DNA of 62,545 nucleotides, filler included, from It is 5 parts of 5 records of this genome, joined end to end, with 100 filler letters (N's around TTAATTAATTAA, not from the genome) between each part and the next. Parts side by side here need not be neighbours in the genome. Positions count along the whole stretch, not along the records: positions 1 to 12,995 come from SRR31156797_3006; 4 more parts are not named here. One strand, 5' to 3'. Shown piece by piece: positions 1 to 9,630 of this stretch (position 1 is its first letter; each line of letters starts with the position of its first letter). The notes under the pieces were generated by a model. It saw only the letters and a program-made list of their open reading frames with translations, ran no database searches and was not told where the DNA came from. The position numbers and the translations under genes were made by a program.

Positions 1-204
1 TGAGGTATAACCCGATGATATTTTTGAATTATAAAATATCTCTAGGGAGAAACCGCTAAGAGGGGAAGAGGTTGGTTTTCTTAATTTTTTTAACCTTATT
101 CCATCTTTCTCTCTTAAGATATTTTATAAAATAAAAACATCCACAGCTTATACCTCAAATCAAGAAAAAAGAAAAGTGAAATTTTCGGGTAGAAAACACA
201 AAAA

Positions 205-223
205 GCTGACCTTATTGGTCAGC
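205..223 (-). terminator. Intrinsic terminator after hemerythrin gene
   Basis: GCTGACC-ttatt-GGTCAGC stem with U-tract on the minus strand. Confidence 0.75.
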
Positions 224-256
224 CTCTGGCAATTTTTCTCTATATTCTAATTAACA

Positions 257-658
257 CTATCTTTGTGTTGATAAAAAATTTCCCATTTTTTTATCAGTTC
301 CATTAATATGAGTTACTAACCATTCACTTAGAAAGTTAAGAATATCCATTGATAATGAAATCTTTCCGTTTTTATAATCTCTCTCTACTTCACCCACTTT
401 TTTAACAAAATCACGATGTTCTGATTTATGGAAATCAATATCTGAATATTCGTATTCTGTCATTAGTCTTTCCTCAGCTCCAAAATGAAAAACTGTATAA
501 TCTCTCATGTCAGTTACAATTTTAAGTAGGATTTCCGAAGATCCTCCGTTAACCATCGAATCATGTAATTCATTAACCATATCCACTAATTTCATATGTT
601 GTTCATCTACTTCTATAAAGTTTACTGATAATTGGCTATTCCATTCAAGCATTGGCAT
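257..658 (-). CDS. Bacteriohemerythrin
   Basis: 133 aa with di-iron ligand pattern DEQH, HFGAEE, HKSEH, HINGTD; GGAG RBS. Confidence 0.92.
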   Translation of the reverse strand: MPMLEWNSQLSVNFIEVDEQHMKLVDMVNELHDSMVNGGSSEILLKIVTDMRDYTVFHFGAEERLMTEYEYSDIDFHKSEHRDFVKKVGEVERDYKNGKISLSMDILNFLSEWLVTHINGTDKKMGNFLSTQR

Positions 659-688
659 ATTGTTACTCTCCTTTTTTATTTAATAATA

Positions 689-3600
689 TTATTCACTCAA
701 ATACTGACTTATATCATCCACATCTATTTGATCCGGGTGAAGATATTGTGTTGCATATTTTTTATATATCCCGTTTTGAAGAAAAATATCGAAAATATCT
801 GAATCAATATGCTGATCCTTACGCATAAATGTCATTATTTTCAGGGCCTCTGAAAGAGTTTTTCTCTTCTTATACGGTCTGTCACTGGCAGTTAGAGCTT
901 CGAATATATCTGCTATTGCAAGTATACGTGTCTCAACTGATAATTGATCCTTTTTTTTCTTAAAAGGATAACCTGTTCCATTAAGTGTTTCATGATGTTC
1001 CGTTGCTATCTGTACAACGTTAGATAAATTATCTGGAAATGGTATTTTTTCCAACATTTTTAAACCGTTTAGAGTATGTTCACTAATTTTGAACCTCTCT
1101 TCTTCCGTTAGTGTTCCTCGACCTATACTTAGATTATAAATTTCCCCTTTATTATATTCATTTTCAGGCACTTTGATTGCTTCACCATCTACATCAACTA
1201 TATCTGAATAATCATTTTTACGCGGAACTATATGCTCAGCTTTATCGCTTAATAATTTCTCTACAACCGGCAATGATTCTTCTGTCTCTTCTTTACTATG
1301 TAGCTCTTTTTTAGAAACACCTATTGTATCACTAAAATATCTCAGCCATTCTCGTTTAGCTATATCTTGCAATTTCTCCTTAGCATCATCACTCATATAT
1401 TCCCCACCAACATTTGCATTGGCTACGAATTCAAACTCCTCACGAAGTTTCTTTAACTCCAGTTCTAGTTCGTTCTCCAATTCCTGCTCGAGATCCTGTG
1501 ATAAATTTTGAGTATATTTTTTCTTATATACTTCTATGATTTTATCACGATATAATACTTCAAATCTCATTCGTATTTCATGGATTCTATTATATACAGT
1601 TTCCAGCTTAGTAGCTTTATCAATGACAAACTCCGGTGTTGAGACTTTACCACAATCATGTAACCAAGCAGCCAACCATAATTGCCTTTTACCATCATGT
1701 TTATCTAGTTGGAAGTTCTGCAAAGGCCCATCAACTGTTTTATCAGTTGCTTCTGCCAACATCTCTGCAATTACCGGTACTCTTGCACAATGTCCAGCCG
1801 TATATGGTGATTTCGAATCTATCGAAGATGCTACAACTTGCACTAGAGAATCAAATAATTCTCTTAAAGAATTTATCAAATTTCTATTATCAAGTGTTAC
1901 TGCAACCTGAGATGCAAGAAATCCTACATAATCTTTTATTTCATCAGTGATAGCACTAATTTTTTCCTTTGAATTACTTCCCGGATTAAACAGCTGGATA
2001 ACTCCCAGTATCTCATCTCGTTGTGTAATTATTGGAACGGAAATCTGTGAATTTATTTCAAATTCTCTGGGTTCTTCAGGTAAACCTGTTGGGAATAATT
2101 CAAACTCTCTATCTTCAGTTGATATAATTTTACGTGAATTAAAGGCCTCGCAGACAGGTTGAAGTACTGAATTTGGAGCTAAGAAAGCTGTAATTGATGG
2201 CATAACTTTCACTCTTGGTGCAGGTTTTTTTGATAAACCTCCAAGTACAATACTCTCTGATCCAAGTGAAAGTAATTCAACAGCTAACTTTTGATCCTCT
2301 TTCAAGTACATAACTCCACCATCTGCTTTAGTTAACTTTTGAGCAGCCTGAAATGTTAAACTTACCAATTTATCCAGTTCTTTTTCATTAGAAATAGCAA
2401 GTCCTTCTTGGATAAGCATCTCTAAATTTTCCTGTGTATAAATCAGATTATCTGTTTTGTTTTGTAAAGTTGACTTCATTGAATCATATGTATTTGCCAC
2501 ATTGTGCACTTCATTAAGTAATGATTTAATCGGGTTAGATGATGAGAAGTCAAATTGCTGTATTTTTTTAGCTTCCATTGAAAGCTGTTGAAATGATTTT
2601 GCTACTCTACGTGATAGCAATATAGCAAATGGAAGTAAAATGCAAAATACTGCAATCGTTACTATAACTATTCGGAATCCCATTTTATTAATATTTTCTG
2701 TTATTTCACCAACTGATGTTGCTACGGCAATATTTAAATTAACTTCAGAAGTTATTGGCATTGGAACTATTCTTGCTATATGTAATCTATCATTTATATC
2801 TACAAAAAATGGTTTATTTTTAGAGTCTAGTGATATAAGTTTCATTTTACTTATTACACTCTTAACTATAGGATCACTAAATTCCTCCGCCATTGGCAAT
2901 TCAAAATCATCCGAAAAAACTTTATTCCAGGAAATATCCTTGTGCGCAACTAATTGATAATTATCATTCATAATCCAAACAGAATTATTTTCTGCACTCT
3001 TATCCCCAGCTAACATTTGACTAAGCTGTGTAAGTGTAATATCTATTCCAATTACAGCATCTATATCACTTAACATTCGCGCACATGTTAAACCAGGTAA
3101 TTTTGAACTACTAAAAATATATGGATTAGTGAATATAGTTTCGCTATTAGTTTTCGCCTGAGTAAACCATGGTCTTTGTGATGGATTATACTGAAAGTTA
3201 GAATTAAGCCACTTTTGGATAATATTTAGATTTTTATCTAAAAACTCCCAATGCTCAATTAATTTTCCGTTTTTATCCGGAATAATCTTTCTGTTAATAT
3301 ATATTGTATCTTTTGGTGTATTATAGCTTTTTTGAATCGACTCATTTCCTCGTGTTGCAATCAATTGATGAAATCGCCCATTCCCAAACCCAACATATAT
3401 CGACATCACATCAGAACGCGAATCCAGTATTGATCTCATCAAAGGAATATTAGAATCGAAATCATTACTTAATGAATTTTTCTGATTATTTTCAATTGAA
3501 TATGATGCTACTTCAGTAAGTGTAGATAGAGACTCCAAAACAACATTGATTTCAGCTTTCGTTTTTTCTGATATTTCATTAAATAACATTTCAGCTGAGT

Positions 3601-3727
3601 TTTTCGCAGTAGAGTTAGTTTCATATTTCATCAGAGTAATTATACATACTTCAATTATTGCTGCTGTAAAAAATATAGCAATAAACATTGCAAATGCTAT
3701 TGAAATTCTAAATCGAAAATTCTTCAT
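689..3727 (-). CDS. Membrane HD-GYP c-di-nucleotide phosphodiesterase (Cache-HAMP-GAF-HD-GYP)
   Basis: 2 TM helices around a Cache-like region (YNPSQRPWF), GAF, YTAGHCARV, WLHDCGK, HHETLNGTGYP, IADIFEALTASDRPYK. Confidence 0.9.
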   Translation of the reverse strand: MKNFRFRISIAFAMFIAIFFTAAIIEVCIITLMKYETNSTAKNSAEMLFNEISEKTKAEINVVLESLSTLTEVASYSIENNQKNSLSNDFDSNIPLMRSILDSRSDVMSIYVGFGNGRFHQLIATRGNESIQKSYNTPKDTIYINRKIIPDKNGKLIEHWEFLDKNLNIIQKWLNSNFQYNPSQRPWFTQAKTNSETIFTNPYIFSSSKLPGLTCARMLSDIDAVIGIDITLTQLSQMLAGDKSAENNSVWIMNDNYQLVAHKDISWNKVFSDDFELPMAEEFSDPIVKSVISKMKLISLDSKNKPFFVDINDRLHIARIVPMPITSEVNLNIAVATSVGEITENINKMGFRIVIVTIAVFCILLPFAILLSRRVAKSFQQLSMEAKKIQQFDFSSSNPIKSLLNEVHNVANTYDSMKSTLQNKTDNLIYTQENLEMLIQEGLAISNEKELDKLVSLTFQAAQKLTKADGGVMYLKEDQKLAVELLSLGSESIVLGGLSKKPAPRVKVMPSITAFLAPNSVLQPVCEAFNSRKIISTEDREFELFPTGLPEEPREFEINSQISVPIITQRDEILGVIQLFNPGSNSKEKISAITDEIKDYVGFLASQVAVTLDNRNLINSLRELFDSLVQVVASSIDSKSPYTAGHCARVPVIAEMLAEATDKTVDGPLQNFQLDKHDGKRQLWLAAWLHDCGKVSTPEFVIDKATKLETVYNRIHEIRMRFEVLYRDKIIEVYKKKYTQNLSQDLEQELENELELELKKLREEFEFVANANVGGEYMSDDAKEKLQDIAKREWLRYFSDTIGVSKKELHSKEETEESLPVVEKLLSDKAEHIVPRKNDYSDIVDVDGEAIKVPENEYNKGEIYNLSIGRGTLTEEERFKISEHTLNGLKMLEKIPFPDNLSNVVQIATEHHETLNGTGYPFKKKKDQLSVETRILAIADIFEALTASDRPYKKRKTLSEALKIMTFMRKDQHIDSDIFDIFLQNGIYKKYATQYLHPDQIDVDDISQYLSE

Positions 3728-3991
3728 ATCTCCCCCTTATATTTAGTTAATTTATTTTACTTTAGATGATTACTTCACTTTAATTCTTCGTTTATAAATT
3801 TATTATTGTAATTGTTACAAAATTGAAATATTTTAATAAAACTAGATATAACTTAAATTGTTACATTTAATTATAACATCACAATCTATAAGTATCAAAT
3901 TTAAAATTATAAGTGAGTTATTTATGTTAGAATTCAGAAAAGTTTTTTAATTATGAAATTATAACGAACTAAAGTATGTGAGTAAAAATGC

Positions 3992-4021
3992 AAAAGGGTC
4001 TTCTAGATTTAGAAGGCCCTT
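3992..4021 (-). terminator. Intrinsic terminator
   Basis: AAGGGTCTTCTA / TAGAAGGCCCTT stem just after the stop at 4036. Confidence 0.7.
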
Positions 4022-4035
4022 AAAATAATTATATT

Positions 4036-5481
4036 TTACTTTTTATTTTCTGTAACATAATCTCTTACTTCCTGCATCGAAAAACCATATTCATCAATTA
4101 ACTCTCTAAAGTTGGTATTTAGCGATTTATCTTTAGATATTCCAAATGTCATTAGGAAATCATCATAATCCTTAACGTTATTTTTTATATCAACCAACAT
4201 GGATTTTCTTTTTAATTCAATTCCGGCATTTGTTGTTTCCTCTTCATGTTCATTTTTCATCAGCTTAACAATAACAGCAGTTTCTTCAGAATTAATTAAT
4301 TTTCTCAAGCTTATAGATGAATCATATTTTTTAGGTAAATTTATAATTACTTCCCCGGCAGGTTTATCAAAACCGTCAATAACTGATCTCAATATCTCTA
4401 GAGAAATTCCCTGGGATTCGAGTAATACATTAATTTTTTGTGTTTCGTTATTTTCTATACCAAAGGCATGTATAAGTTCTTTTTTATTTATTTTATAGTG
4501 TTTTGTTATGTCATGAATAGTATATGAACCTCTTATATCATTAGCTGTTTCATATTTTTTATCACTCATATCCTCTTCAAAAGCATTAACATTCATTCCT
4601 ACAATAATTGGGATCAAAAATAATAATAGTGAAGCTATTAGTATATTTTTTTTATTTAGAACTTTCGAATTTTTACCGGCTAGTTTAAATTTCAAAGTAT
4701 TTGATTTATCATTTACCGGACAAGCTGAGACACACTTCATACATCTGAGACATTTTGTATTATTGACTTTATTCGTAGAGGATACATCAATTTTCATAGG
4801 GCAAACTTTGTCACAAGCACTACAATTAATACATGTTGCTGTATCTCTTTTGATATTAAATAGACTAAATGAATTAAATAAACCATTTATTGCTCCCAGC
4901 GGACACATATATTTGCAATATGGTCGTTCCGTAATAAGTGACAACAATAAGAATACAGTTAGTATAATATAAGCACTAATTGCAATTTCATCACTCCAAA
5001 TATTAAATAGAGTGTAATAAGGATCTAAATTTTCAAAGACTAAAGTAAACATTCTAGATGTTTGAAATAGTACAAATAGCAGAAATAGATATTTTACATA
5101 TCTAAGTGCATTATCAAGCTTTACGGGAATTATATTATTATATCTGGATTTGAATATTTTCTGTCCTAATTTCCCGATGAATTCCTGCGTGCTTCCAAAA
5201 GGACAAATCCATCCGCAAAAAAATGCTCCAACGAAAACTAAAGTCAGAACTAAACCAACTACTATATAGACATTTCCCTGACCAGTGTGATGTAAAAATT
5301 TCCCGGTTGTTACCCAACTATGCATAGTTTCAACAGCACCAAAAGGACATATAGAGTGTAAACTCTCTCCAAAACTCCAATTAAAAGCATGACCTAAACT
5401 AACAAAAATAACGTATAAAAGAAAAATCAGTTGAAAACTCTTCCTTAGTAAATCAAATTTTCTAACTCTCTCATTTCCCAT
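4036..5481 (-). CDS. Membrane 4Fe-4S binding protein (YccM/NapH-like) with C-terminal soluble domain
   Basis: CGWICPFG and CKYMCPLG motifs, two CxxCxxCxxxCP motifs; start moved to ATG 5481 behind GGAGG. Confidence 0.85.
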   Translation of the reverse strand: MGNERVRKFDLLRKSFQLIFLLYVIFVSLGHAFNWSFGESLHSICPFGAVETMHSWVTTGKFLHHTGQGNVYIVVGLVLTLVFVGAFFCGWICPFGSTQEFIGKLGQKIFKSRYNNIIPVKLDNALRYVKYLFLLFVLFQTSRMFTLVFENLDPYYTLFNIWSDEIAISAYIILTVFLLLSLITERPYCKYMCPLGAINGLFNSFSLFNIKRDTATCINCSACDKVCPMKIDVSSTNKVNNTKCLRCMKCVSACPVNDKSNTLKFKLAGKNSKVLNKKNILIASLLLFLIPIIVGMNVNAFEEDMSDKKYETANDIRGSYTIHDITKHYKINKKELIHAFGIENNETQKINVLLESQGISLEILRSVIDGFDKPAGEVIINLPKKYDSSISLRKLINSEETAVIVKLMKNEHEEETTNAGIELKRKSMLVDIKNNVKDYDDFLMTFGISKDKSLNTNFRELIDEYGFSMQEVRDYVTENKK

Positions 5482-5614
5482 TTCGAAACCTCCTAATAAA
5501 TTATCGTCATATGACATCTACTTATTATATTCTTATTTCCTCTAAATATATTTAATATCGCAAGTAAACTGAGCTCTTTAGAGTTAATCATAAATCCAAA
5601 AAGCTCATGTTTAG

Positions 5615-6208
5615 TTATAATTGTCTTTTGAAAGCTCTTAAATGATTTTCACTTCCACGAATTAAATTTGAATATAATTCTTCAATATCAGGAGTAGATC
5701 CGATTATTCTTTCTTTTAAATCCTTAATATCAAGTTCCTCTATTTTGATTCCAACTTTCACTGCATCAATTCTTGACTTTTTCCCCTCTTCAACTAACTC
5801 AGTATATAATTCAGTAAATTCAATAGAATTAAATATTCCTAAATCGTTATTATAATCGACTTCTTCGTCATATTTTTTCAATAGAGCTGTTACTGCATCC
5901 ATATGTTGTTGCTCTGATTGTGATATGTTATTAAAAACCCTTAGTCCCCATACTTGATTTAAAGTAACATAAACATCTCTTGCTAATTTCTCTTCTTGTA
6001 ACATAAAGTTTAAATCTTCAATATGTGATTCATTTACATCGTATTTCGTAGTATCAGTAATATGAATGTAGCTGTTACTATTTCTATTTAATCCTTGATT
6101 ACCTGAATTATTACTTTTACCACTTCCATCCCCACTACCTCTACTTCCAAATCCCATAATAACAGTTGCAAGTATTATAACCAATCCCATCTTAATTACA
6201 TTTTTCAT
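5615..6208 (-). CDS. Exported ferritin-like DUF2202 protein
   Basis: Signal-like N-terminus, Gly/Asn linker, EEKLARDVY, SEQQH, EELDIKDL, GSENHLRAF. Confidence 0.85.
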   Translation of the reverse strand: MKNVIKMGLVIILATVIMGFGSRGSGDGSGKSNNSGNQGLNRNSNSYIHITDTTKYDVNESHIEDLNFMLQEEKLARDVYVTLNQVWGLRVFNNISQSEQQHMDAVTALLKKYDEEVDYNNDLGIFNSIEFTELYTELVEEGKKSRIDAVKVGIKIEELDIKDLKERIIGSTPDIEELYSNLIRGSENHLRAFKRQL

Positions 6209-6256
6209 TTTTATCTCCTCCTTTTCTTTAACTTCATATCTATTATATAGAGTAAT

Positions 6257-6273
6257 TATGAATAAAATGTGAA
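6257..6273 (-). promoter_or_regulatory. Putative OmpR/PhoB-family tandem box upstream of DUF2202 operon
   Basis: Minus strand TTCACA-tttta-TTCATA (11-bp period) just upstream of TATAAT. Confidence 0.45.
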
Positions 6274-6422
6274 AAGTGTGTTATTTTATACAAATGTTTT
6301 CACACACACTTGATTTAGATATAAGCGAATATGTTCTTTTGACTTTAACCTAAGGAAAAGTGATTTATTAAAATTGAAGTATACACTTGAAAAAATTATG
6401 GGATAATATGTTGATATAAAAA

Positions 6423-6447
6423 ACTGCTCTCCAATACAGAGAGCAGT
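6423..6447 (-). terminator. Intrinsic terminator after yqeK
   Basis: ACTGCTCTC / GAGAGCAGT 9-bp stem with U-tract on the minus strand. Confidence 0.8.
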
Positions 6448-6450
6448 AAG

Positions 6451-7074
6451 CTATTCACCAATTTTATTCAGTTTAAAATAATTATATGCATCAACTAACC
6501 AAGGATGAACAACTCTTAACTTTTCCTTATTTTCTATTAAGTAATTCACAAAATTAAAAGCTCCATCAACAAGGGACATTTCCAAGCCATTTATTATTAC
6601 TTCCAAATATGGCGGTTTTCCCTCTTGATCCCAACTAATCTTATCAGCCAAAAACACAATCATATCCAATTTTGTAGGTTGATCTTTCAATGTTGTATGA
6701 CAAGATATTGCACTCAAAACTTGTTCATCTTCAATATCAAAATATTTTCGAGCAATTTCTTTTGATAGTTTCTGATGTATAATCATCGGAAAATCAATCT
6801 CTTCTGCGCACAATTTTATATTCAAAGATTTAGCAATTTCAACTCTATCGTTATTAGGAATAAATACACTAATATCATGTAACATTCCAGCCAATTTTGC
6901 TTTTTCTACGTCCACTCCAAATCTTAATGCTAATTCTTCTGATTTTTTAGATACATTAGTAACATGTTCTACAGTTTCAGTTAGATTAAAATTAGTAAGA
7001 ATATCAATAGCATTCTCATAATGATCATTCTCTTTTTTCATTATTTCCGTTAACTCACTTAGAATATTTATCAT
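6451..7074 (-). CDS. yqeK: HD-domain symmetrical Ap4A hydrolase, YqeK family
   Basis: EHVTNV, AGMLHDIS, IIHQKLS, AISCHTT, VFLADKI. Confidence 0.8.
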   Translation of the reverse strand: MINILSELTEIMKKENDHYENAIDILTNFNLTETVEHVTNVSKKSEELALRFGVDVEKAKLAGMLHDISVFIPNNDRVEIAKSLNIKLCAEEIDFPMIIHQKLSKEIARKYFDIEDEQVLSAISCHTTLKDQPTKLDMIVFLADKISWDQEGKPPYLEVIINGLEMSLVDGAFNFVNYLIENKEKLRVVHPWLVDAYNYFKLNKIGE

Positions 7075-7094
7075 AATAAATATATCCTTTCGCC

Positions 7095-8210
7095 TTACTT
7101 TAGTTTCTCTATCTCTTCAATACTTAAATCAGTCATTTCAGAAATAGTCACAGCATCCATTCCCTTTAATAACATTTTTTTAGCAATTTCAATATTCCTA
7201 TCATTAATCAACAAATTCTTTTCTTTACCCTCTTCAAATTCCGCTTTTTCCCGACCAACATAGAATCCCGGAGTAGATGCACTTGAATTTCTGATTTTTT
7301 CACGCATTTCATCAGTTAAACTAGGTACTTCTTCCATTAGTGCAAGTATAAATTTGAAGCATAGTTCTTCAGCAAGTTTTTGCAAAACTCTAATTCTATC
7401 AACGAAATAATCAAGTTCGGCAATAGAGATACTATAATCTTTCTTATATCTAGAATCAATATAAGCATCATTTAACTTCTTAAATAGTTTCTCTTCTTTC
7501 TCGTTTCTACAAGGAAAAGCTTCTCCAAACTTCTTGTCAAAATCAAGTATAAAAGTATTCAATCTAGTTAAATCGTGAAGTTTTGGTTTATAATTAGTAT
7601 AAACTAAATTAATTGCCATATATAAATGTTCAGTCGTTTGATGTAAATGAAAAACTGACATTGCATAATTCTTTCTTGCAAAATACAATTCATATCCTTG
7701 TAAGAAATCATCGGCACTATTCAGCCATTTTTCATAATAATATCGGGCCTCCATTAGTCTTACATCTTTTGGAAGTACTTTTGGTGGTTCCTCTATTGCA
7801 TATAATTCAGTATCGTATATTCTAACACCTTCTTCATATATATCAATAAAGAAATAATTTCTTTCCTTAAGTCTGGCATTGATATAATCAATACCATGAT
7901 AAATTGGACTAAAATATGTATTTACGTTTACATTTTTTAACACTCTGTTATAAATAGAGGAAGTCAAAGATGAGTTTCTAGCTTGTTTCTCTGTTGAAGT
8001 TACAAACAAAATATCTATATCACTCCTGTACTCATAGATAGTTCCATCTTCTACATATTTATCTTGTACCCAAGTATCCCTTGCATGACTTCCAAATAAA
8101 ATTACCATATGAACAGGCATACTTGTTTGATCTGCATTTTTAACATACTCAACAATTTTTCTTAATTCCTCCTGCTTAAATTCAGGAAGAAAGTCAATCG
8201 ATGTTTTAAT
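7095..8210 (-). CDS. Fused minimal nucleotidyltransferase-HEPN protein with Rpn-like C-terminal tail
   Basis: LFGSHARD..SDIDI (MNT); FHLHQTTEH..HDL..AYIDSRY (HEPN); frame open to ATT at 8210 behind GGGGTGA. Confidence 0.85.
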   Translation of the reverse strand: MKTSIDFLPEFKQEELRKIVEYVKNADQTSMPVHMVILFGSHARDTWVQDKYVEDGTIYEYRSDIDILFVTSTEKQARNSSLTSSIYNRVLKNVNVNTYFSPIYHGIDYINARLKERNYFFIDIYEEGVRIYDTELYAIEEPPKVLPKDVRLMEARYYYEKWLNSADDFLQGYELYFARKNYAMSVFHLHQTTEHLYMAINLVYTNYKPKLHDLTRLNTFILDFDKKFGEAFPCRNEKEEKLFKKLNDAYIDSRYKKDYSISIAELDYFVDRIRVLQKLAEELCFKFILALMEEVPSLTDEMREKIRNSSASTPGFYVGREKAEFEEGKEKNLLINDRNIEIAKKMLLKGMDAVTISEMTDLSIEEIEKLK

Positions 8211-8580
8211 TTAAATCACCCCATTTTTTCAATAATTACTGTATTTATATTTATTTCCCCGCTGTACTTAATGAATAAAATATTACATTAAATTATATCA
8301 TTTGTAGGTGAGTAATCGCAATAGAGAATATAGAGCGTGATGTTAATTTACTAGTTATATGTTATTTTTTCCGTTTTTTTATGGAATCAACATAAAAAAC
8401 AGATAATATAGCTTAAAATAACACTGACTCTAATTAAGAAGCTATATTTTACAACATTAACATTTCCACCTTTAAGTCATCTCCATATTACTAATTCAAT
8501 TTTCCCTCTTGCAATTTACTTCCAATAGTCATATACTATAAGGAGATTTAGAAAATGTTAATAAAATTGAGGTGTTAAAG

Positions 8581-9510
8581 ATGAAACATTTTGAGTTATT
8601 CTTTTATGTTCTTTCACTTTTTTCAGGTGTAAGTTCTATATCGATTTCAATTTTTGTCTACTTGCTGTATAAAAAGAAATCTGTATTTTTATTTACATTT
8701 CAGTTGTTATCTTTATTCCTCATACAACTCGGATTTACCATGGAGGAATATTTGCAGTTAGTTAACGAAACTAATCATGAACTTGTTTTCTTTAGACATA
8801 TCCTTGATTATATTGGAACAAATATGACAATTCTTGTGGGACCTTTTTTTCTTCACTCTTTACTTGGTTATACACCTGGTAAGATTAAGAGGAGAATTTT
8901 CCTAAGTATCTCAGCGCTATCAATCTTCTTTGGTGCTGTTGTTGGTTATGGTTTGTACACAGGTTCACACATCATAAACGAAATGATGATAGCATATGCC
9001 GTTCTCAAGCCGGCACTGTTCGGAATAATTTTATACAATATAGTTTTTGTGCTGAGAAATTTAAAATCTATCGGTGATAAAAATGTTAAACAAGCTATGA
9101 TTTATGTTGCTATAGTTACTTTGATTTTCTTACCAATATTTATTTTCGAACCAATTATAAATAATTACCAACTTAGAAATGAACTTCGAGGATCATCTAT
9201 GTTCTCAGTTCCATTATATTTTATTATTATTAATTTTACCTCTCTATTCCTTAGCATCAAACATTTTAACCAACCAGTGTATATGGAGGAAAATAAATTA
9301 ACAAAATATTTTATTGATTCATTCGGTATCACACAGAGAGAACAAGAAATTATACTGTTAGTAATAGAGGGAAAAACATACAAAGATATTGCAGCTGAAC
9401 TTTTCATTGCATACAAAACTGTAGATACACATATCCAAAGTATCTATAGAAAATTAGAAGTAAGAAGTAAAATTCAATTAGTTAATCTACTAAATTCAAA
9501 TACTAATTAA
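8581..9510 (+). CDS. Membrane-anchored LuxR-family regulator
   Basis: About 7 TM helices then ITQREQEII..GKTYKDIAAELFIAYKTVDTHIQSIYRKL; GAGG RBS before ATG 8581. Confidence 0.88.
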   Translation: MKHFELFFYVLSLFSGVSSISISIFVYLLYKKKSVFLFTFQLLSLFLIQLGFTMEEYLQLVNETNHELVFFRHILDYIGTNMTILVGPFFLHSLLGYTPGKIKRRIFLSISALSIFFGAVVGYGLYTGSHIINEMMIAYAVLKPALFGIILYNIVFVLRNLKSIGDKNVKQAMIYVAIVTLIFLPIFIFEPIINNYQLRNELRGSSMFSVPLYFIIINFTSLFLSIKHFNQPVYMEENKLTKYFIDSFGITQREQEIILLVIEGKTYKDIAAELFIAYKTVDTHIQSIYRKLEVRSKIQLVNLLNSNTN

Positions 9511-9630
9511 ATAGTAAAAAAATGTCCGATAATAATAACTTAGAAATAAAAAGAAAATAGTACCCTCTTTTATACTTTTACTTAAGCCTTACCAAGAAGG
9601 AAGTTAGAAGAGAGAATAGAAAGGAAAAAC

